A stretch of 64,000 bases of DNA from Planctomycetota bacterium (GCA_965223845.1 CBDCXR010000004.1:64001-128000); one strand, 5' to 3'; positions 28,851 through 40,800 are shown, counted from the stretch's first letter. Made by a program: numbers and translations. The notes: generated from the sequence alone by a model not told the origin.

Positions 28851-30674
28851 CTACCGCCGAGCTCCCACCGCTGCCGTGTCGAGCTCGTTCGCGCGCTCGC
28901 CATAAATTTGCGCTCCGCTCGCGTCGCCCGCTCGGTCGAGCACGATCGAGTAGGCGCGATAGACGGCCGCATAGAACTGCGCCGCGACGATCTCGCCCGC
29001 GGACCCCGGCGGTCGCTTCGCTCCGATCTCGTCGAGCCCCGCGGGGCGAATCTCGAGCGACTCGCGGAGAAGCGCGACTGCGCTGTGCCAATCTCCCGCG
29101 CCCGTGAGTTCTTTGAGCCGCCGGTCGTAGTAGCCGCGATAGGCGATGACATAGTCTTCCGCGCGAACGAGAGGCTCGTCGGCCGGTCTCGATGGCGGGA
29201 TCGCCGCTCCGAGAAACACGGTTGCCGCGACGGTTCCGATGCCGAGCGCGATTCTCTTCTCGGCGAACCAACGAACGATCTGAGTCGCGGCGAGCGCCGC
29301 GAACGGAATGAGAGCCGCCGCGAACGGCGCACGGAATCGCGCGAGCACGTAGAACCCGAGGAGCGTCGCTGCGTGAAGGGCGAGGAGGAGTAGGAGCGGT
29401 CCGGTTCCTCGGCGTCTCGCGCCGAGAACGAGCCCTACGATTCCGAGCGGGCCGACGACGAAAAACGTAAACGGCAGGAATCGAAGGACGATCGAGTGCA
29501 ATCGGTAGTAGTAGAAGTTGACGTTATTCGGCTGCTCGTGCGAATCCCACATGAGGCGCAGCTTCTTTCCGAGCTGATCGGCGTAACTCCACACGCTGTC
29601 GTGCGTCTTCAGCGTCGCGATCGCCGTTGCCCCCAGGTGACCGTCCGACTGTGCGAGGACGCGCGCGAGATGCTTCGCCTCCGGATAGAACCCTCGCTCG
29701 GGTTCGAACTCCCCGGCGTTCGCCGCTGCGAACGCCACTCCACCGACGCTCGAAAGGCTGAATGGGGAGACGCCGACGGTTGCATTTCGCGCAGCGACAG
29801 GGAGTAGCGCCGCCGCGAATCCGATGCCGAGTGCGCCGATGAGTCTTACGGTGACGCGCGGCTGCTCTCGCCCGCGGATCGACGCGATCACCGCCGCCCC
29901 GAGAGGAAGCACGAGAAGGGTCGGTTTGAGAGTCACGGCAGCGCCGCACGCGAGCCCAGTGAAAAGCCAACACCGGACCGTTCGTTTCTCGAGCGCGAGA
30001 GTGATCAGATAAACGACGGCGAGCCCCGCGAAGGTGATCATCGAGGAACGGATCATCACCCCCTCGAAGAAGAGAATCGGGCCGCAGAGCGCGAAGAAGA
30101 GTCCCGCGACGATGCCCGTCAGCTCGCCGAAAAGACGTCGCGCGAGGAGATAAGCGAGAAGGGTCGAGACGACACCGAGCAGCATCTGCGCCGCGAACAC
30201 CCACTGGCGATCGGTCCCGACGAGCGACTCGGTGATCGCGACGAAATACGGATAGAGCGGCGCTTGATGGAATCGTTTCCCGCCGTGCCAGCGATCCCAG
30301 ACGGCTTCCGACGCGCTCGCGAGATCTTCTCGCTCAGCCGCGATGTCCGCGGCCCGCGCTTCCTCTTCCGGATACGCGCGAAAGTACTCCTCCGCGACGG
30401 CTGCGTGCCAACCGAAGTGCGGGTGAAGAGCGCGGTCGAGCAGCCAGTCGCCGCCGCTCAGTCGATTCGCCCAGTCCGCGAAGAAACGCATGTCCGTTTC
30501 GGGGCACCGATCGAACTCGCGACACGGCGAGTTTGCGATCTCGGCGAAGTACGCTCCGCGAACGATCGCCGCAAGCGCGATGAGAATGAGCACCGAGCTC
30601 CTTCGGTGGCGCTCGAGCCATCGGTCGACGGAGCCGAGCCCCCGTGCGCGCGGAGGTGGCGCCTCGCCGGACAT
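28851..30674 (-). CDS. GT-C (ArnT/PMT family, GT39-like) membrane glycosyltransferase
   Basis: Multi-TM; QAPLYPYFVA, LLARRLFG..AG, FYVLARFRAP motifs. Confidence 0.8.
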   Translation of the reverse strand: MSGEAPPPRARGLGSVDRWLERHRRSSVLILIALAAIVRGAYFAEIANSPCREFDRCPETDMRFFADWANRLSGGDWLLDRALHPHFGWHAAVAEEYFRAYPEEEARAADIAAEREDLASASEAVWDRWHGGKRFHQAPLYPYFVAITESLVGTDRQWVFAAQMLLGVVSTLLAYLLARRLFGELTGIVAGLFFALCGPILFFEGVMIRSSMITFAGLAVVYLITLALEKRTVRCWLFTGLACGAAVTLKPTLLVLPLGAAVIASIRGREQPRVTVRLIGALGIGFAAALLPVAARNATVGVSPFSLSSVGGVAFAAANAGEFEPERGFYPEAKHLARVLAQSDGHLGATAIATLKTHDSVWSYADQLGKKLRLMWDSHEQPNNVNFYYYRLHSIVLRFLPFTFFVVGPLGIVGLVLGARRRGTGPLLLLLALHAATLLGFYVLARFRAPFAAALIPFAALAATQIVRWFAEKRIALGIGTVAATVFLGAAIPPSRPADEPLVRAEDYVIAYRGYYDRRLKELTGAGDWHSAVALLRESLEIRPAGLDEIGAKRPPGSAGEIVAAQFYAAVYRAYSIVLDRAGDASGAQIYGERANELDTAAVGARR

Positions 30675-30697
30675 CGGTTTCTCGCCCGGGAGAGTGT

Positions 30698-32449
30698 TCA
30701 GATGCGCCTCCCGCTGCCCTGCGCTACGGTGATCGTTCGATCGATTCCCGCTGCGGTGAACTCCTCGCGTGAGCCGTCCGGCCACACGACGATCAGTCGT
30801 TCGACGCGCGTCGCGTCGCCGAGACCGAAATGCGCGATCGGCTCACTCGCCGACTGAAAGCTGTGCGCGGTGACGATCGGCCGCGTTTGCCGGGTACCGT
30901 CGTGCTCGATCGACACGCTGGCACCGAGTGCATCACGTGCTCCGACTCGCGCGCGAACGCGGAGCCAATGCGATCCACTCGGGGCGTCGGTACTAAAGAC
31001 CCTGAGTCGGTCGCCGATGCTCGTCGTCACGAGATCGAGATCGCCGTCCGCGTCGAGGTCGCCGAACGCGAGGGTCCGACTGACCTCGGCGCCGCGCGTG
31101 AACGCTCCACCGCGCTCGGGCGAATGGAGAAACCTGCCGTTCGCCTGAAGGAAGAGTTGGTCGGGCTCGGCGTAGGCGTTCCAGAACGATCCTTCGTCGG
31201 CCTCAGCGTGCACCGTTCCTCGCGCCACGCGACCGTTGACGGCGACGAGGTCGAGATCGCCGTCGTGATCGAAGTCGAAGAAGCCGCATCCCCAAGCGGT
31301 GTAGGGGAGACTTTTCGCACCGACGCCCGACGTCGCCGAGACGTCGTCGAAGCGCACCGCACCTTCGTCGAGATCGCTTCGATAGAGCGTGTTCGTCTGA
31401 TCGAATCGGTGGGTGACGAGAAGATCGAAATGTCCGTCCCGATTGATGTCACCGATCGCGACGCCCATTCCCGCCTCGGCCTGACTCCCTCCGTTCACCG
31501 CGACACCGCGCTCGAACGCTTCGTCGGCGAACGTGTCATCGCCTCGGTTCACGTAGAGCTGATTCGGCTTCATGTCGTTCGCGACGTAGATGTCGACCCA
31601 GCCGTCGCCGGTGAGATCGACGCAGACGACTCCGAGCCCCGGCGCGGCGCGAGTGATTCCCGCCGCCGCCGAAACGTCGATGAATCCATCGGCACCGTCA
31701 TTTCGGTAGAGACGATCGACGAGATCGACGAACTTCTCCGGCCCGCAGTAGTCCGGCGGCTCGTCGAGGCTCACCCGGCAGACCGGCCGCGGATCCGGAA
31801 CTACGTACCGTGTTACATAGAGATCGAGATCGCCGTCGCGATCGTAGTCGAAGAAGGCAGCGGAAGAGCTCCATGCACTGCCGGCGATCTCTCCGAACCC
31901 CGTCCGCGGGGTGAACGAACCGTCGCCGCGATTCTCGTACAAACGATCCACGCCGAGGTTCGCGATGAATACATCCACGTCGCCGTCGTCGTCGATGTCT
32001 CCGGTGGCGACTCCGAAGCCGTAGCCGTCGTCGTCGAGGCCGTTCGCACGGGGCGCCGCGACGTAGCGGTCCCCGTCGCGGAGATAGAGACGATTGGGGG
32101 CCGCGGCCTGCGGACGGTCGGGACTCGGCGCGCGCACGTGGTAGAGGTCGAGATCGCCGTCCGCATCCGCATCGAAGAGCGCGACCCCGCCCGTGTAGAG
32201 CTCGGGAATCGCGTAGCGGCCATCGGGCCAGCGCGGCATCGCGTTCGGCAGTCCCACCGATTCCGTTACGTCGCGAAAGAGAGGCGGAGTCATCTCGGTG
32301 TCTCCGCCGCATCCGGTGCACGCGCCGCTGAGAATCGCTACGAGCCAGATCCGGCGCAGCGTCGTCCTACCGGCGCGTCGCGCCGCTTCGCTTCTCAACC
32401 CGAGTCGTCCGTCCATCGGCCGCGAGCGATTCTGAACTCCGTTAGCCAC
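30698..32449 (-). CDS. CRTAC1-family FG-GAP repeat protein with ASPIC/UnbV C-terminus
   Basis: Repeated DxDxDGDLDL motifs; HWLRVR..GASV..AHFGLG..VVWPDG. Confidence 0.92.
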   Translation of the reverse strand: MANGVQNRSRPMDGRLGLRSEAARRAGRTTLRRIWLVAILSGACTGCGGDTEMTPPLFRDVTESVGLPNAMPRWPDGRYAIPELYTGGVALFDADADGDLDLYHVRAPSPDRPQAAAPNRLYLRDGDRYVAAPRANGLDDDGYGFGVATGDIDDDGDVDVFIANLGVDRLYENRGDGSFTPRTGFGEIAGSAWSSSAAFFDYDRDGDLDLYVTRYVVPDPRPVCRVSLDEPPDYCGPEKFVDLVDRLYRNDGADGFIDVSAAAGITRAAPGLGVVCVDLTGDGWVDIYVANDMKPNQLYVNRGDDTFADEAFERGVAVNGGSQAEAGMGVAIGDINRDGHFDLLVTHRFDQTNTLYRSDLDEGAVRFDDVSATSGVGAKSLPYTAWGCGFFDFDHDGDLDLVAVNGRVARGTVHAEADEGSFWNAYAEPDQLFLQANGRFLHSPERGGAFTRGAEVSRTLAFGDLDADGDLDLVTTSIGDRLRVFSTDAPSGSHWLRVRARVGARDALGASVSIEHDGTRQTRPIVTAHSFQSASEPIAHFGLGDATRVERLIVVWPDGSREEFTAAGIDRTITVAQGSGRRI

Positions 32450-32554
32450 CGGGCGAATCGCGAACGGCCGCGACGCTCACCCGCGTAGATCTCGTCCGGC
32501 GGGCATCGATAGAATGGCAGAGTCGCCCTCAATCGTAAACGGAGGATCGCCGAA

Positions 32555-33526
32555 GTGAGTTCTCTCGACCGTCAACGCGTTCGGCGTCACTCGGTGCGCA
32601 GCCGGTCGAATTTTCGCTCGATCGCCGTGAGCGCCGCTTTTCTCTTCGGCGTGAGCTGCGATCGGGAGCGAGAACCACCTCCCGCGGCCATCGAGGCCGT
32701 CGATGAAGCGCGAGCATTCCTTTCCCAAGGAAGCGCGGGGCTCGCGCTCGAGCGGCTCGACGAAGCGCTCGAGTTGGCTCCCGAGTACACGGACGCGCTC
32801 GTCGTTCGCGGGCGCACGCACCGTCGCGCCGGCGATCTCGAGAAAGCGGAGATCGATCTCTCACGTGCGGTCGAGCTCGATCCCGACCGCGCCGAGATCC
32901 ACTACGAGCTCGGCGCGGTGCTCTCGCAGAGGGCGAAGCTCAAGGCCGCGATCGAGAGCTACACGAAAGCCGTCCTCATCAAGCGCGACTACGTCGAAGC
33001 ACTCGTCGATCGAGCCACCGTGCACCAGCGGCTCGGCGACCTCGACGCTGCGATCGCGGACTGCAGCGCTGCGCTCCGTCTAAATTCGTTCAACGCCGCC
33101 GTCCTGGTCAATCGCGGCGTCTTCTACGGGCAGAAGGGAGACCGCACCCGTGCGCGCTCCGACTGGGACGCGGCGATCCGGACGAGCCCGCAGTTCGCCG
33201 GAGGCTACGTCAGCCGCGGTGTCGACTCGGCCATTCATGGAGACCTCGACGCGGCGCGTGCCGACCTCGCCAAAGCGGTCGAGCTCGAGCCGCACCATCC
33301 GAGCGCGCGCCGGTTCTACGCTCGAGCGCTCGCGGAGACGGGAGAGCATCGCCGGGCGATCGCCGAGTTGACGATCCTCATCGAGAGGCGTCCGACGGCC
33401 GACCTCTACTCCGCGCGCGCCGCTTCGTATCGAGCCCTCGGTGACGAGGATCTCGCGCGCGGAGATGAAGAACGGGCGAGAACGACGCGGGAGGCGCCGA
33501 CGCGAACGCCTCCGCCGCGCCGGTAG
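32555..33526 (+). CDS. TPR-repeat lipoprotein
   Basis: Repeated ..A..L.P.. TPR units; possible lipobox GVSC. Confidence 0.85.
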   Translation: MSSLDRQRVRRHSVRSRSNFRSIAVSAAFLFGVSCDREREPPPAAIEAVDEARAFLSQGSAGLALERLDEALELAPEYTDALVVRGRTHRRAGDLEKAEIDLSRAVELDPDRAEIHYELGAVLSQRAKLKAAIESYTKAVLIKRDYVEALVDRATVHQRLGDLDAAIADCSAALRLNSFNAAVLVNRGVFYGQKGDRTRARSDWDAAIRTSPQFAGGYVSRGVDSAIHGDLDAARADLAKAVELEPHHPSARRFYARALAETGEHRRAIAELTILIERRPTADLYSARAASYRALGDEDLARGDEERARTTREAPTRTPPPRR

Positions 33527-33531
33527 GCGAT

Positions 33532-33903
33532 TCAGTCGGGCTGGGCGTATTTTTCCTCGAGCTCTTTCCGGTGGGCTTCGAGATGCTCCTCGAGCTCCCG
33601 TTTTCGCTGCTGGCGCTCTGCCCGTTGGTAGATCGTCCACGGCAGGATTACCGTGTCGGCGACCGAGGAAATCGGCAGGTCGAGAATGATGAGCGGCGTC
33701 AGGAACGGCTGCGCTCCGCCTCTCTCGAATGCCTCCCCGATCCAGCGTCCATCGGTGCGGATGCCGCCGTAAACCACCGGGGCCGTGGCACCGTGGTGTG
33801 GAGATGACGCGCGGAGCTGCGAGGCGAAGGTTCCACATCCCGTCGCGAGCGGAAGAAGACCCGACGCGACGAATAGGACGATCGATCGAGCCGCGGATTT
33901 CAT
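33532..33903 (-). CDS. YceK/YidQ-family lipoprotein
   Basis: ATGCGT lipobox, YGGIRTD, DLPISSVADTVILPW. Confidence 0.85.
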   Translation of the reverse strand: MKSAARSIVLFVASGLLPLATGCGTFASQLRASSPHHGATAPVVYGGIRTDGRWIGEAFERGGAQPFLTPLIILDLPISSVADTVILPWTIYQRAERQQRKRELEEHLEAHRKELEEKYAQPD

Positions 33904-33967
33904 GACGCTTGCATGCTAACACTCGCGCCGAGAATCTCGATTCGTGGACGCGAAGAGAATCGCCCGA

Positions 33968-34534
33968 CTACTGCCGCTCGACCTTCGCAGACGTTTTTTG
34001 AATCAAGCTCGGCACGAATCGCTCGAGATAGCCGGCGATGAACGCCCACACGAACATCTTCGCCGCGTCGGCGTTAGTGCTGGGCCGACACCGCTCCATC
34101 AACTCTCGCATCCCGACGTACATCCCGTCCTCGCCGTCTAGATTCTGAAACTCGGGGAATAGCGTCCCCGAGATGATCCCGCTCATAAACGAGATGTAGA
34201 GAAAGACAGCAAAGACGATCGCGACGAGAGACTTCCACGCTAGAAAATAGAGTTGATCGCGCGCGGACCCAAGACTCGGCGCTTCCTTGCCCCGGCTGCC
34301 GCCTTTCGTGAGAGAGAGGTTGGTCGCGCTCCCCAGTACGGCCGCGAGAAACACGAAGACGAGGATCGGCGGCTCGCCGATACTATTGGGATCGGCGACG
34401 AAGATCGAAACGAGTGCGATCAAGAGAAGGACGGAGAGGAGAAGAACGACGAAGCGTCGAATCCACTCGTCCGGACGGTCCGTCGATGGAGTTTCTTGTT
34501 GCTGATTCCGTTCGCCCAGATTGCCCGCTTCCAT
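33968..34534 (-). CDS. Hypothetical 4-TM membrane protein
   Basis: Four hydrophobic helices; FVWAFIAGYLERFVP C-terminal motif. Confidence 0.7.
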   Translation of the reverse strand: MEAGNLGERNQQQETPSTDRPDEWIRRFVVLLLSVLLLIALVSIFVADPNSIGEPPILVFVFLAAVLGSATNLSLTKGGSRGKEAPSLGSARDQLYFLAWKSLVAIVFAVFLYISFMSGIISGTLFPEFQNLDGEDGMYVGMRELMERCRPSTNADAAKMFVWAFIAGYLERFVPSLIQKTSAKVERQ

Positions 34535-34777
34535 AACGTCGTCTCGTGGAGAACTGAACCCTCATCGATTCGGGAGTCCACTCGCCGCGGTGTCGCGCGA
34601 GTCGGACTCTTGACTACGAATTCCAGCGTATCAGACCCGACCACCGGAATTCTCAATGGATTCGATGGGTAGCGTGCCACGATCTCGTCGCTGTTGATCG
34701 GAGCCACGCGGAACCGACTCCGGACATCGAGCTAACGAACCTTCGTGCGGGGCACACAGAATGCGAAACCTAGTCAC

Positions 34778-35572
34778 GTGAACGATTGGAATCCCATTCA
34801 GTACGAACGCTTCTCCGCCGAGAGGCTCAGGCCCGCGCTCGAGCTCCTAGCGCGAATTCCTCTCGTATCGCCACGCGTCGTCTGCGATCTCGGTTGTGGC
34901 ACCGGCGAGGTCACGCGTCGCCTCGCCGAGCGCTGGCGCTCGGCTGAGGTCTACGGACTCGATCACTCACGCGAGATGCTCGAAGCTGCCCGGGCGACAC
35001 CGGACGGCTCGATTCACTGGATCGAAGGCGATCTCGCCGACTGGACGCCAACGGAGAGACCGGACGTGATCTACTCGAACGCCGCGCTTCACTGGGTGGA
35101 GCGACACGAAGAGCTCTTGCCGCGCCTCGTGCGTTCTCTGGCTCCCGGTGGATGCCTCGCCGTTCAGATGCCGCTTAGCTGGGAGCTTCCGTCCCACCGT
35201 CTCATGCGTGAGGTGCTGGCAAACGGCGGGGAGGGCGGCCGGCCACTCGGGTCCGACGAGCTTCGTCGCCGCATGGCGCGGAAGTGGGTGGGTGATCCCG
35301 ACGATTACTACGACCTCCTCGCCGAGATGGCTCCCATTCTCGACATCTGGGAGACGCGCTACTTTCATGTTTTGACCGGCGACGATCCCGTGCTCGAATG
35401 GGTGAAGGGGACTGGGCTTCGGCCGATTCTGCACGCACTCGGGGCGGATGAACGCTCGCTCTTCCTCAACGGGTACCGGCGCCGATTGCGCGAGGCGTAT
35501 CCACCGCAGGCCGACGGACGAACGCTCTATCCATTCGGGCGACTGTTCATCGTCGCGCAATCCGCTAGCTGA
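34778..35572 (+). CDS. tam: Trans-aconitate 2-methyltransferase
   Basis: WNPIQYERF..ERLRPALELL, DLGCGTG, SNAALHW, LAVQMP, VLEWVKGTGLRP. Confidence 0.88.
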   Translation: MNDWNPIQYERFSAERLRPALELLARIPLVSPRVVCDLGCGTGEVTRRLAERWRSAEVYGLDHSREMLEAARATPDGSIHWIEGDLADWTPTERPDVIYSNAALHWVERHEELLPRLVRSLAPGGCLAVQMPLSWELPSHRLMREVLANGGEGGRPLGSDELRRRMARKWVGDPDDYYDLLAEMAPILDIWETRYFHVLTGDDPVLEWVKGTGLRPILHALGADERSLFLNGYRRRLREAYPPQADGRTLYPFGRLFIVAQSAS

Positions 35573-35650
35573 CGCCGATGTGAGCCAGGGCGCAATGTCC
35601 CGGGCCGAGTCGGCGATCGATTCGTGGACTCTCCGATTCGAGGTGTTTCG

Positions 35651-36928
35651 ATGACCGAACGCGAAGATACGAACTCTCCCTCGCTCACGGGCCGCGAACC
35701 TCGATCGAAGCGAGCTCGCCGGCGAGTGTTCCTTCGCGCCGGACTCGGCGCGGGAGTCGCCGCGATCGCCGCGCCGGGAATCGCGCGATCGTATCCCGCG
35801 AATGAAGAGATTCGCATCGGCGCCATCGGAACCGGCGGGCGTTCCCGCCGCGCACTCATTCCCGCCGCGAAGGCTGCCGGCAGTACTCGCCTCGTCGCGG
35901 TTTGCGACGTGTGGACGAGCGCGCTCGAAGCGGCGCGCGCGCTCGCCGATGCCGGGGCGTTCGCGACGAAGAATCACGACGAGTTACTCGCTCGAAAGGA
36001 CATCGACGCCGTCATCATCGCGACGCCGGATCATCTGCACGTCCCCGTGACCGTCGATGCCTGCCGCGCCGGCAAGGACGTCTACGTCGAGAAGCCGCTC
36101 ACGCACAATGTCGCCGAGGGGGCCGCGGTCATCGCCGCGCAGAACGAGCACCGTCGCGTCGTCCAGGTCGGCATGCAGCAGCGGAGTATGCCCCAGTTCG
36201 TCAAGGCGCATGAGCTCGTCCGTTCCGGCGCGCTCGGAACGATCTTCAAGGTTCACTTGACGTGGAACCGAAACGCAGACATCCGCCGGCATGCGTACGG
36301 GATCCGCCCGCAGGATGTCGATTGGAAACGCTTCCTCGGCGGCGCGAAATCGCAGGACTTCGACGAGTACCGGTTTCGAAACTGGCGCTGGTTCTGGGAT
36401 TTCGGCGGCGGAATCCTCACCGATCTCATGGTGCACTACATCGATGTCGCACACTGGTTTCTCGGTCTCGATCATCCCGAAACCGCCGCGACGATCGGAG
36501 ATCACATTCAAGCGCAAGGACTCTGGGAGACTCCGGAGACCATTCAGACGCTCCTTCACTATCCGAAGAACGGAGTGCAGATCTATTTCGAAGGAACATT
36601 TTCGAACGCGCGGAACCGCGCGATGCTCGAGTTCATGGGGCGGAACGGCACCCTCTACCTCGATCGCGGGCGCTACGAGTTTCATCCCGAGCGCGGGCGC
36701 GGCGAGTTCGCGGAGTTCGCGCCGGGAAAGGACGAGCGCGGCGCCGACTTCGACCGCGCCGTCGACGGCGGACTCTTCCACATGAAGAACTGGCTCGAGT
36801 GCGTCCGCAGCCGAGCGAAGCCGCGCGCGCCGGCCGAGGCGGGAGTGAGCGCCGTCACCGGCGCTCACCTCGGAAACTTGGCGTACCGCCGGGCGGAGCG
36901 GGTACGCTGGACGGAGCCATCGCGCTGA
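35651..36928 (+). CDS. Gfo/Idh/MocA oxidoreductase with Tat signal
   Basis: RRVFL, IGTGGR, ATPDHLH, DVYVEKP, QVGMQQRS, NWRWFWDFGGG. Confidence 0.93.
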   Translation: MTEREDTNSPSLTGREPRSKRARRRVFLRAGLGAGVAAIAAPGIARSYPANEEIRIGAIGTGGRSRRALIPAAKAAGSTRLVAVCDVWTSALEAARALADAGAFATKNHDELLARKDIDAVIIATPDHLHVPVTVDACRAGKDVYVEKPLTHNVAEGAAVIAAQNEHRRVVQVGMQQRSMPQFVKAHELVRSGALGTIFKVHLTWNRNADIRRHAYGIRPQDVDWKRFLGGAKSQDFDEYRFRNWRWFWDFGGGILTDLMVHYIDVAHWFLGLDHPETAATIGDHIQAQGLWETPETIQTLLHYPKNGVQIYFEGTFSNARNRAMLEFMGRNGTLYLDRGRYEFHPERGRGEFAEFAPGKDERGADFDRAVDGGLFHMKNWLECVRSRAKPRAPAEAGVSAVTGAHLGNLAYRRAERVRWTEPSR

Positions 36929-37115
36929 CACCACGCCGAGGCGATCGAGGGGTTCGTCCCGGTGGCTGGAATCGGACGGAAGACCGCCTCCCGGGCGAGG
37001 TTCCGAGCGCGACTCCCCGACCGATCCGAAGATTCTTGTCCCGTGACGGATTCCTTTCGCAGTTCGCCGTATTGGGCGATCTACCGCGGACCGAAACGGA
37101 ACGAACACCAACCGA

Positions 37116-37763
37116 ATGAACTCCGAACTGAAGGATTCCAGCGAGACCGTCGAGCTTCTCCGCCGCGTGGGCGACGGCGACGGCGAGGTACTCGACGGTC
37201 TCCTCTCGAAGCACCGCGAGCGCCTCCGCCGCATGATCCACCTTCGGATGGCTCGGCCGCTCCAGGGCCGGATCGATGCGTCGGATGTCATTCAAGATGC
37301 TTTCCTCGAGGCTTCGCAGCGAATCGGAGACTACCTGAAGAAACCGGATATGCCGTTCTTCCTCTGGCTCCGCTTCATCACTCGACAAAAGCTGCTCGCG
37401 CTTCACCGCCACCACGTCGGCACGAAGGCACGCGACCCGCGCCGCGAGGTGAAACTCTACGGCGGTGCCACGCCCGAAGCGACTACGGAGGCCCTCGCCG
37501 CACAGCTCCTCGGAAAGCACACGTCGCCGTCGGTCGTCGTCGCTCGCGCCGAGATGCAGATTCAGCTTCAGGACGCGCTCAACCAGCTCGAGCCCATCGA
37601 GCGTGAGGTCCTCGCCCTCCGTCACTTCGAGCAGCTGTCGAATTCAGAGACCGCCGCCGAGCTCGACATCTCCGAAGCCGCCGCAAGCAAGCGCTACATC
37701 CGCTCGCTCGCGAAGCTGAAGGGCGTTCTGATGCATCTCAAGATGGACACCGACTTTCGCTGA
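37116..37763 (+). CDS. ECF sigma-70 factor (planctomycete kinase-associated type)
   Basis: IDASDVIQDAFL region 2; REVLALRHFEQLSNSETAAEL region 4; adjacent Ser/Thr kinase. Confidence 0.92.
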   Translation: MNSELKDSSETVELLRRVGDGDGEVLDGLLSKHRERLRRMIHLRMARPLQGRIDASDVIQDAFLEASQRIGDYLKKPDMPFFLWLRFITRQKLLALHRHHVGTKARDPRREVKLYGGATPEATTEALAAQLLGKHTSPSVVVARAEMQIQLQDALNQLEPIEREVLALRHFEQLSNSETAAELDISEAAASKRYIRSLAKLKGVLMHLKMDTDFR

Positions 37764-37828
37764 GCGCCACCGTGGGAGTTCGCCCGGCGCGTGATGAGAG
37801 GTCCCACCCGGACACCTACCGGAGTCGA

Positions 37829-40800
37829 ATGAACCGATCTCCTTCCGATTCCCGCGATCCGCTCGACGAGCTCGCCGAGGAGTTTCTCGAGCGCCTCCGG
37901 CGCGGTGAGCATCCCGAGATCCGTGAGTACACCGAACGGTATCCCGAGCTCGCGGAAGGAATCGAAGAGCTCTTTCCGACGCTCTACATCATGGAGGAGC
38001 TCGCACCGGGAGAGACGGCGGAGCGCCACCCTCTCCTTGAAGTCGGTCCCCGAGAACCCTCGCGGCTCGGTGAGTATCGACTTCTTCGCGAGGTCGGACG
38101 CGGCGGCATGGGGGTCGTTTACGAGGCCGAGCAGGAATCGCTCGGACGCCGAGTCGCTCTCAAGGTGCTGCTCGCTCGCGCGTTCGTCGACGATACCCAT
38201 CTCGAACGCTTCCGTCTCGAGGCGCGCGCCGCGGCTCGGCTTCACCATACGAACATCGTTCCCGTGTTCGGCGTCGGCGAGCACGAAGGGACCCACTACT
38301 ACGCGATGCAGTTCATCCGCGGTCAGAGTCTCGCGGAGATCATCGGGGAGGTGAAGTCGCTCCGAGCGCGGAGCCGGGGGAGTGATGGACTGGTCGCCGC
38401 GGGATTTCCACCCGCTTCGGACATCGCGGCCTCGCTCGCGACGGGCGCGTTTGTCGTTCCGAGGTCGGAGGAAGAGGACGCCGAACGGATCGAGCCCGCG
38501 ACGAGAACGACCACCCAACCCGTTTCGGCCCCCGGCGTCGATCGCTCGGAGATCTCCGCATCGTCGACGACCGTTCTCACTCGGGACGGCAGCACGTCGA
38601 CGCAAGTCGATCCCGACTCGACGTATTTTCGAAGCGTCGCTCGCATCGTCATGAACGTCGCCGACGCGCTCGCCTACGCTCATGGCGAAGGAGTTCTCCA
38701 CCGCGACATCAAGCCGTCGAATCTTCTCCTCGATACGCGCGGCGCGGTCTGGATGACGGACTTCGGTCTCGCTAAGTCGGACGACTCCGACGATCTCACC
38801 CAGTCGGGAAACGTCGTGGGCACGCTTCGCTACATGGCGCCCGAGCGATTTCGTGGCGAATCGGACGCGCGGAGCGATGTCTACAGCCTCGGCGTTACGC
38901 TCTACGAGCTTCTCGCGCTTCGCCCGGCTTTCGATGCGAGCGATCGCGCCACCCTCGTTCAGCAGATCGCGCAGCGCGAGCCCACCCCGCTTCGACGAGT
39001 CGATCCGCGGATTCCGCGGGATCTCGAGACGATCGTCGAGAAGGCTGCCGCGAAGGAGGCGCGCGATCGCTACGCGACGAGCGCGGAGCTCGAAGCCGAC
39101 CTCCGGCGCTTTCTCAGCTATCAGCCGATCTCGGCGCGACGGTTCACGATGGCCGAACGCGGATGGCGCTGGTGTCAGCGGAACCCGGCGATCGCGGTGC
39201 TCACCGTCCTCGCCGTCGTGCTCACGGCCGTGCTCGCGGTGGTGTCGACCGTCTCCGCGGTCCGCCTCGGAAACCGTCTCGCCGAGGCGAAGCTCGAAGA
39301 AGGACGCGCGTGGCGTCAGAGTGGCGAGCGGGGACAGCGGTTGCGCGCGCTCGCGGCGCTCACGGAAGCCGCGAGAAGGGCGCCGTCGCGGGAGATACGG
39401 AACGAGGTGATCGCCGCGTGGGCGCTCACCGACATCGAAGAAATCGAGCGCTGGGAAACGGAGGAGTCCGTTCTTCACTTCGATCGATTCGGCGAACGGT
39501 CCGCGCGGGCTCGTCCCGATCAATCGATCGAAGTGTTCGACGCGAAAGATCGGCGACGCGTGATCGCGAAACTGCCGGCGATCGGTCTCCGCGTCTGGTG
39601 GATGGGATTCAGCCCCGACGGCCGCACGCTCGCCGCGACCTATCACTCGTCGACGACCCGTCTCGTCCTTTGGGATCTGGCGACGCAAGCACGCGTGCTC
39701 GAAGCCGATGTTTACGCCGGCGGCCTCCCCGTCGCATTCGCGCCGGACGGTAAGGAAATCGTCGTCATCGGCCCCGATCGGACGGCCTCCGTGCGGTCGT
39801 TTCCCGGCGGTGAGCTCGTCCGCAAATTCGCGATCGGCGAGCGAACGCGCTGGCTCGCCTGGAGTCCCGATGGTCGCGATCTCGCTCTCAGTGGGAAGAC
39901 GCTCGAGGTGACGATCTACGATGTAGAGCGGGGAGTACCGCGCCTGCGCTTGATCCATCCGCGGCACACCGAGCGCGCGTACTGGCATCCGTCGCTTCCG
40001 CTCTTGGCGGTCTCGTGCTTCGACGGCGGCGCTCACGTCTGGGACACGGAGACGGGCGAGCGAGTGTTCCACCTCCAGGGTCATTCCGCCGAGTGTGTCG
40101 ACGCACGATTCGATCACTCCGGTCGATTCCTCGTCACTAGCGGATGGGACGGACGCGTTGCACTCTGGGACGTACTGAGTGGTGAACGCGTGCTCGGTGC
40201 GTGGGGACACGCCGTAGCGTTCACGCGCGACGATTCTGGAATCGTGTTCCGAATCGGACGCCATCGTCACGGCGTGTGGCGAGTCGCGAAGAGCCGCGAT
40301 TTCCAGCGCATCCATGTGCCGACACTCGGACGGAAGTCTCCGACCGCCGTCCAGATCTCACCGGACAGGCGCTGGGTTCTCGCGGCGACTGGGCCGAGCG
40401 GCATCGCACTCTGGCCGGCTGACGAGCCCAGTCGACAGCTACGGATCGAGCTCGGGTGGTCGGCGCATGCGGTGTTCGCTCCATCGAGCGACGCGTTTTA
40501 CGCGGCCTCGAGCGGAGTCGGCGTGGAGCGCTGGGCGATTCGGCGCTCTTCCGAGGCGCATGAGTGGGTCGTCGGTCCGGGAGAAGCCCTCGGAATTCCC
40601 GGAACCGGTCCGATTTCGCTGTCTCGAGACGGACGGCGATTGAGCATGCAGGACCGCTCCGTGGCCGTCGTGTACGAGCTTCCGGGGTCGCGGGAACTCT
40701 TTCGTCGCGATCGCTCGATGAGCAACTACGCGGAGCTCAGCCCCGACGGTCGCTGGATCGCCATCGGCAACTGGCAAGGCGAAGATCTCGAAATTTGGGA

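Noticed and set aside
37694-40315. 873-aa minus-strand ORF (also 5486-7105 +, 30830-32488 +, 52839-54896 -)
   Set aside because: Antisense shadows of well-supported genes, expected in high-GC DNA; no recognisable motifs
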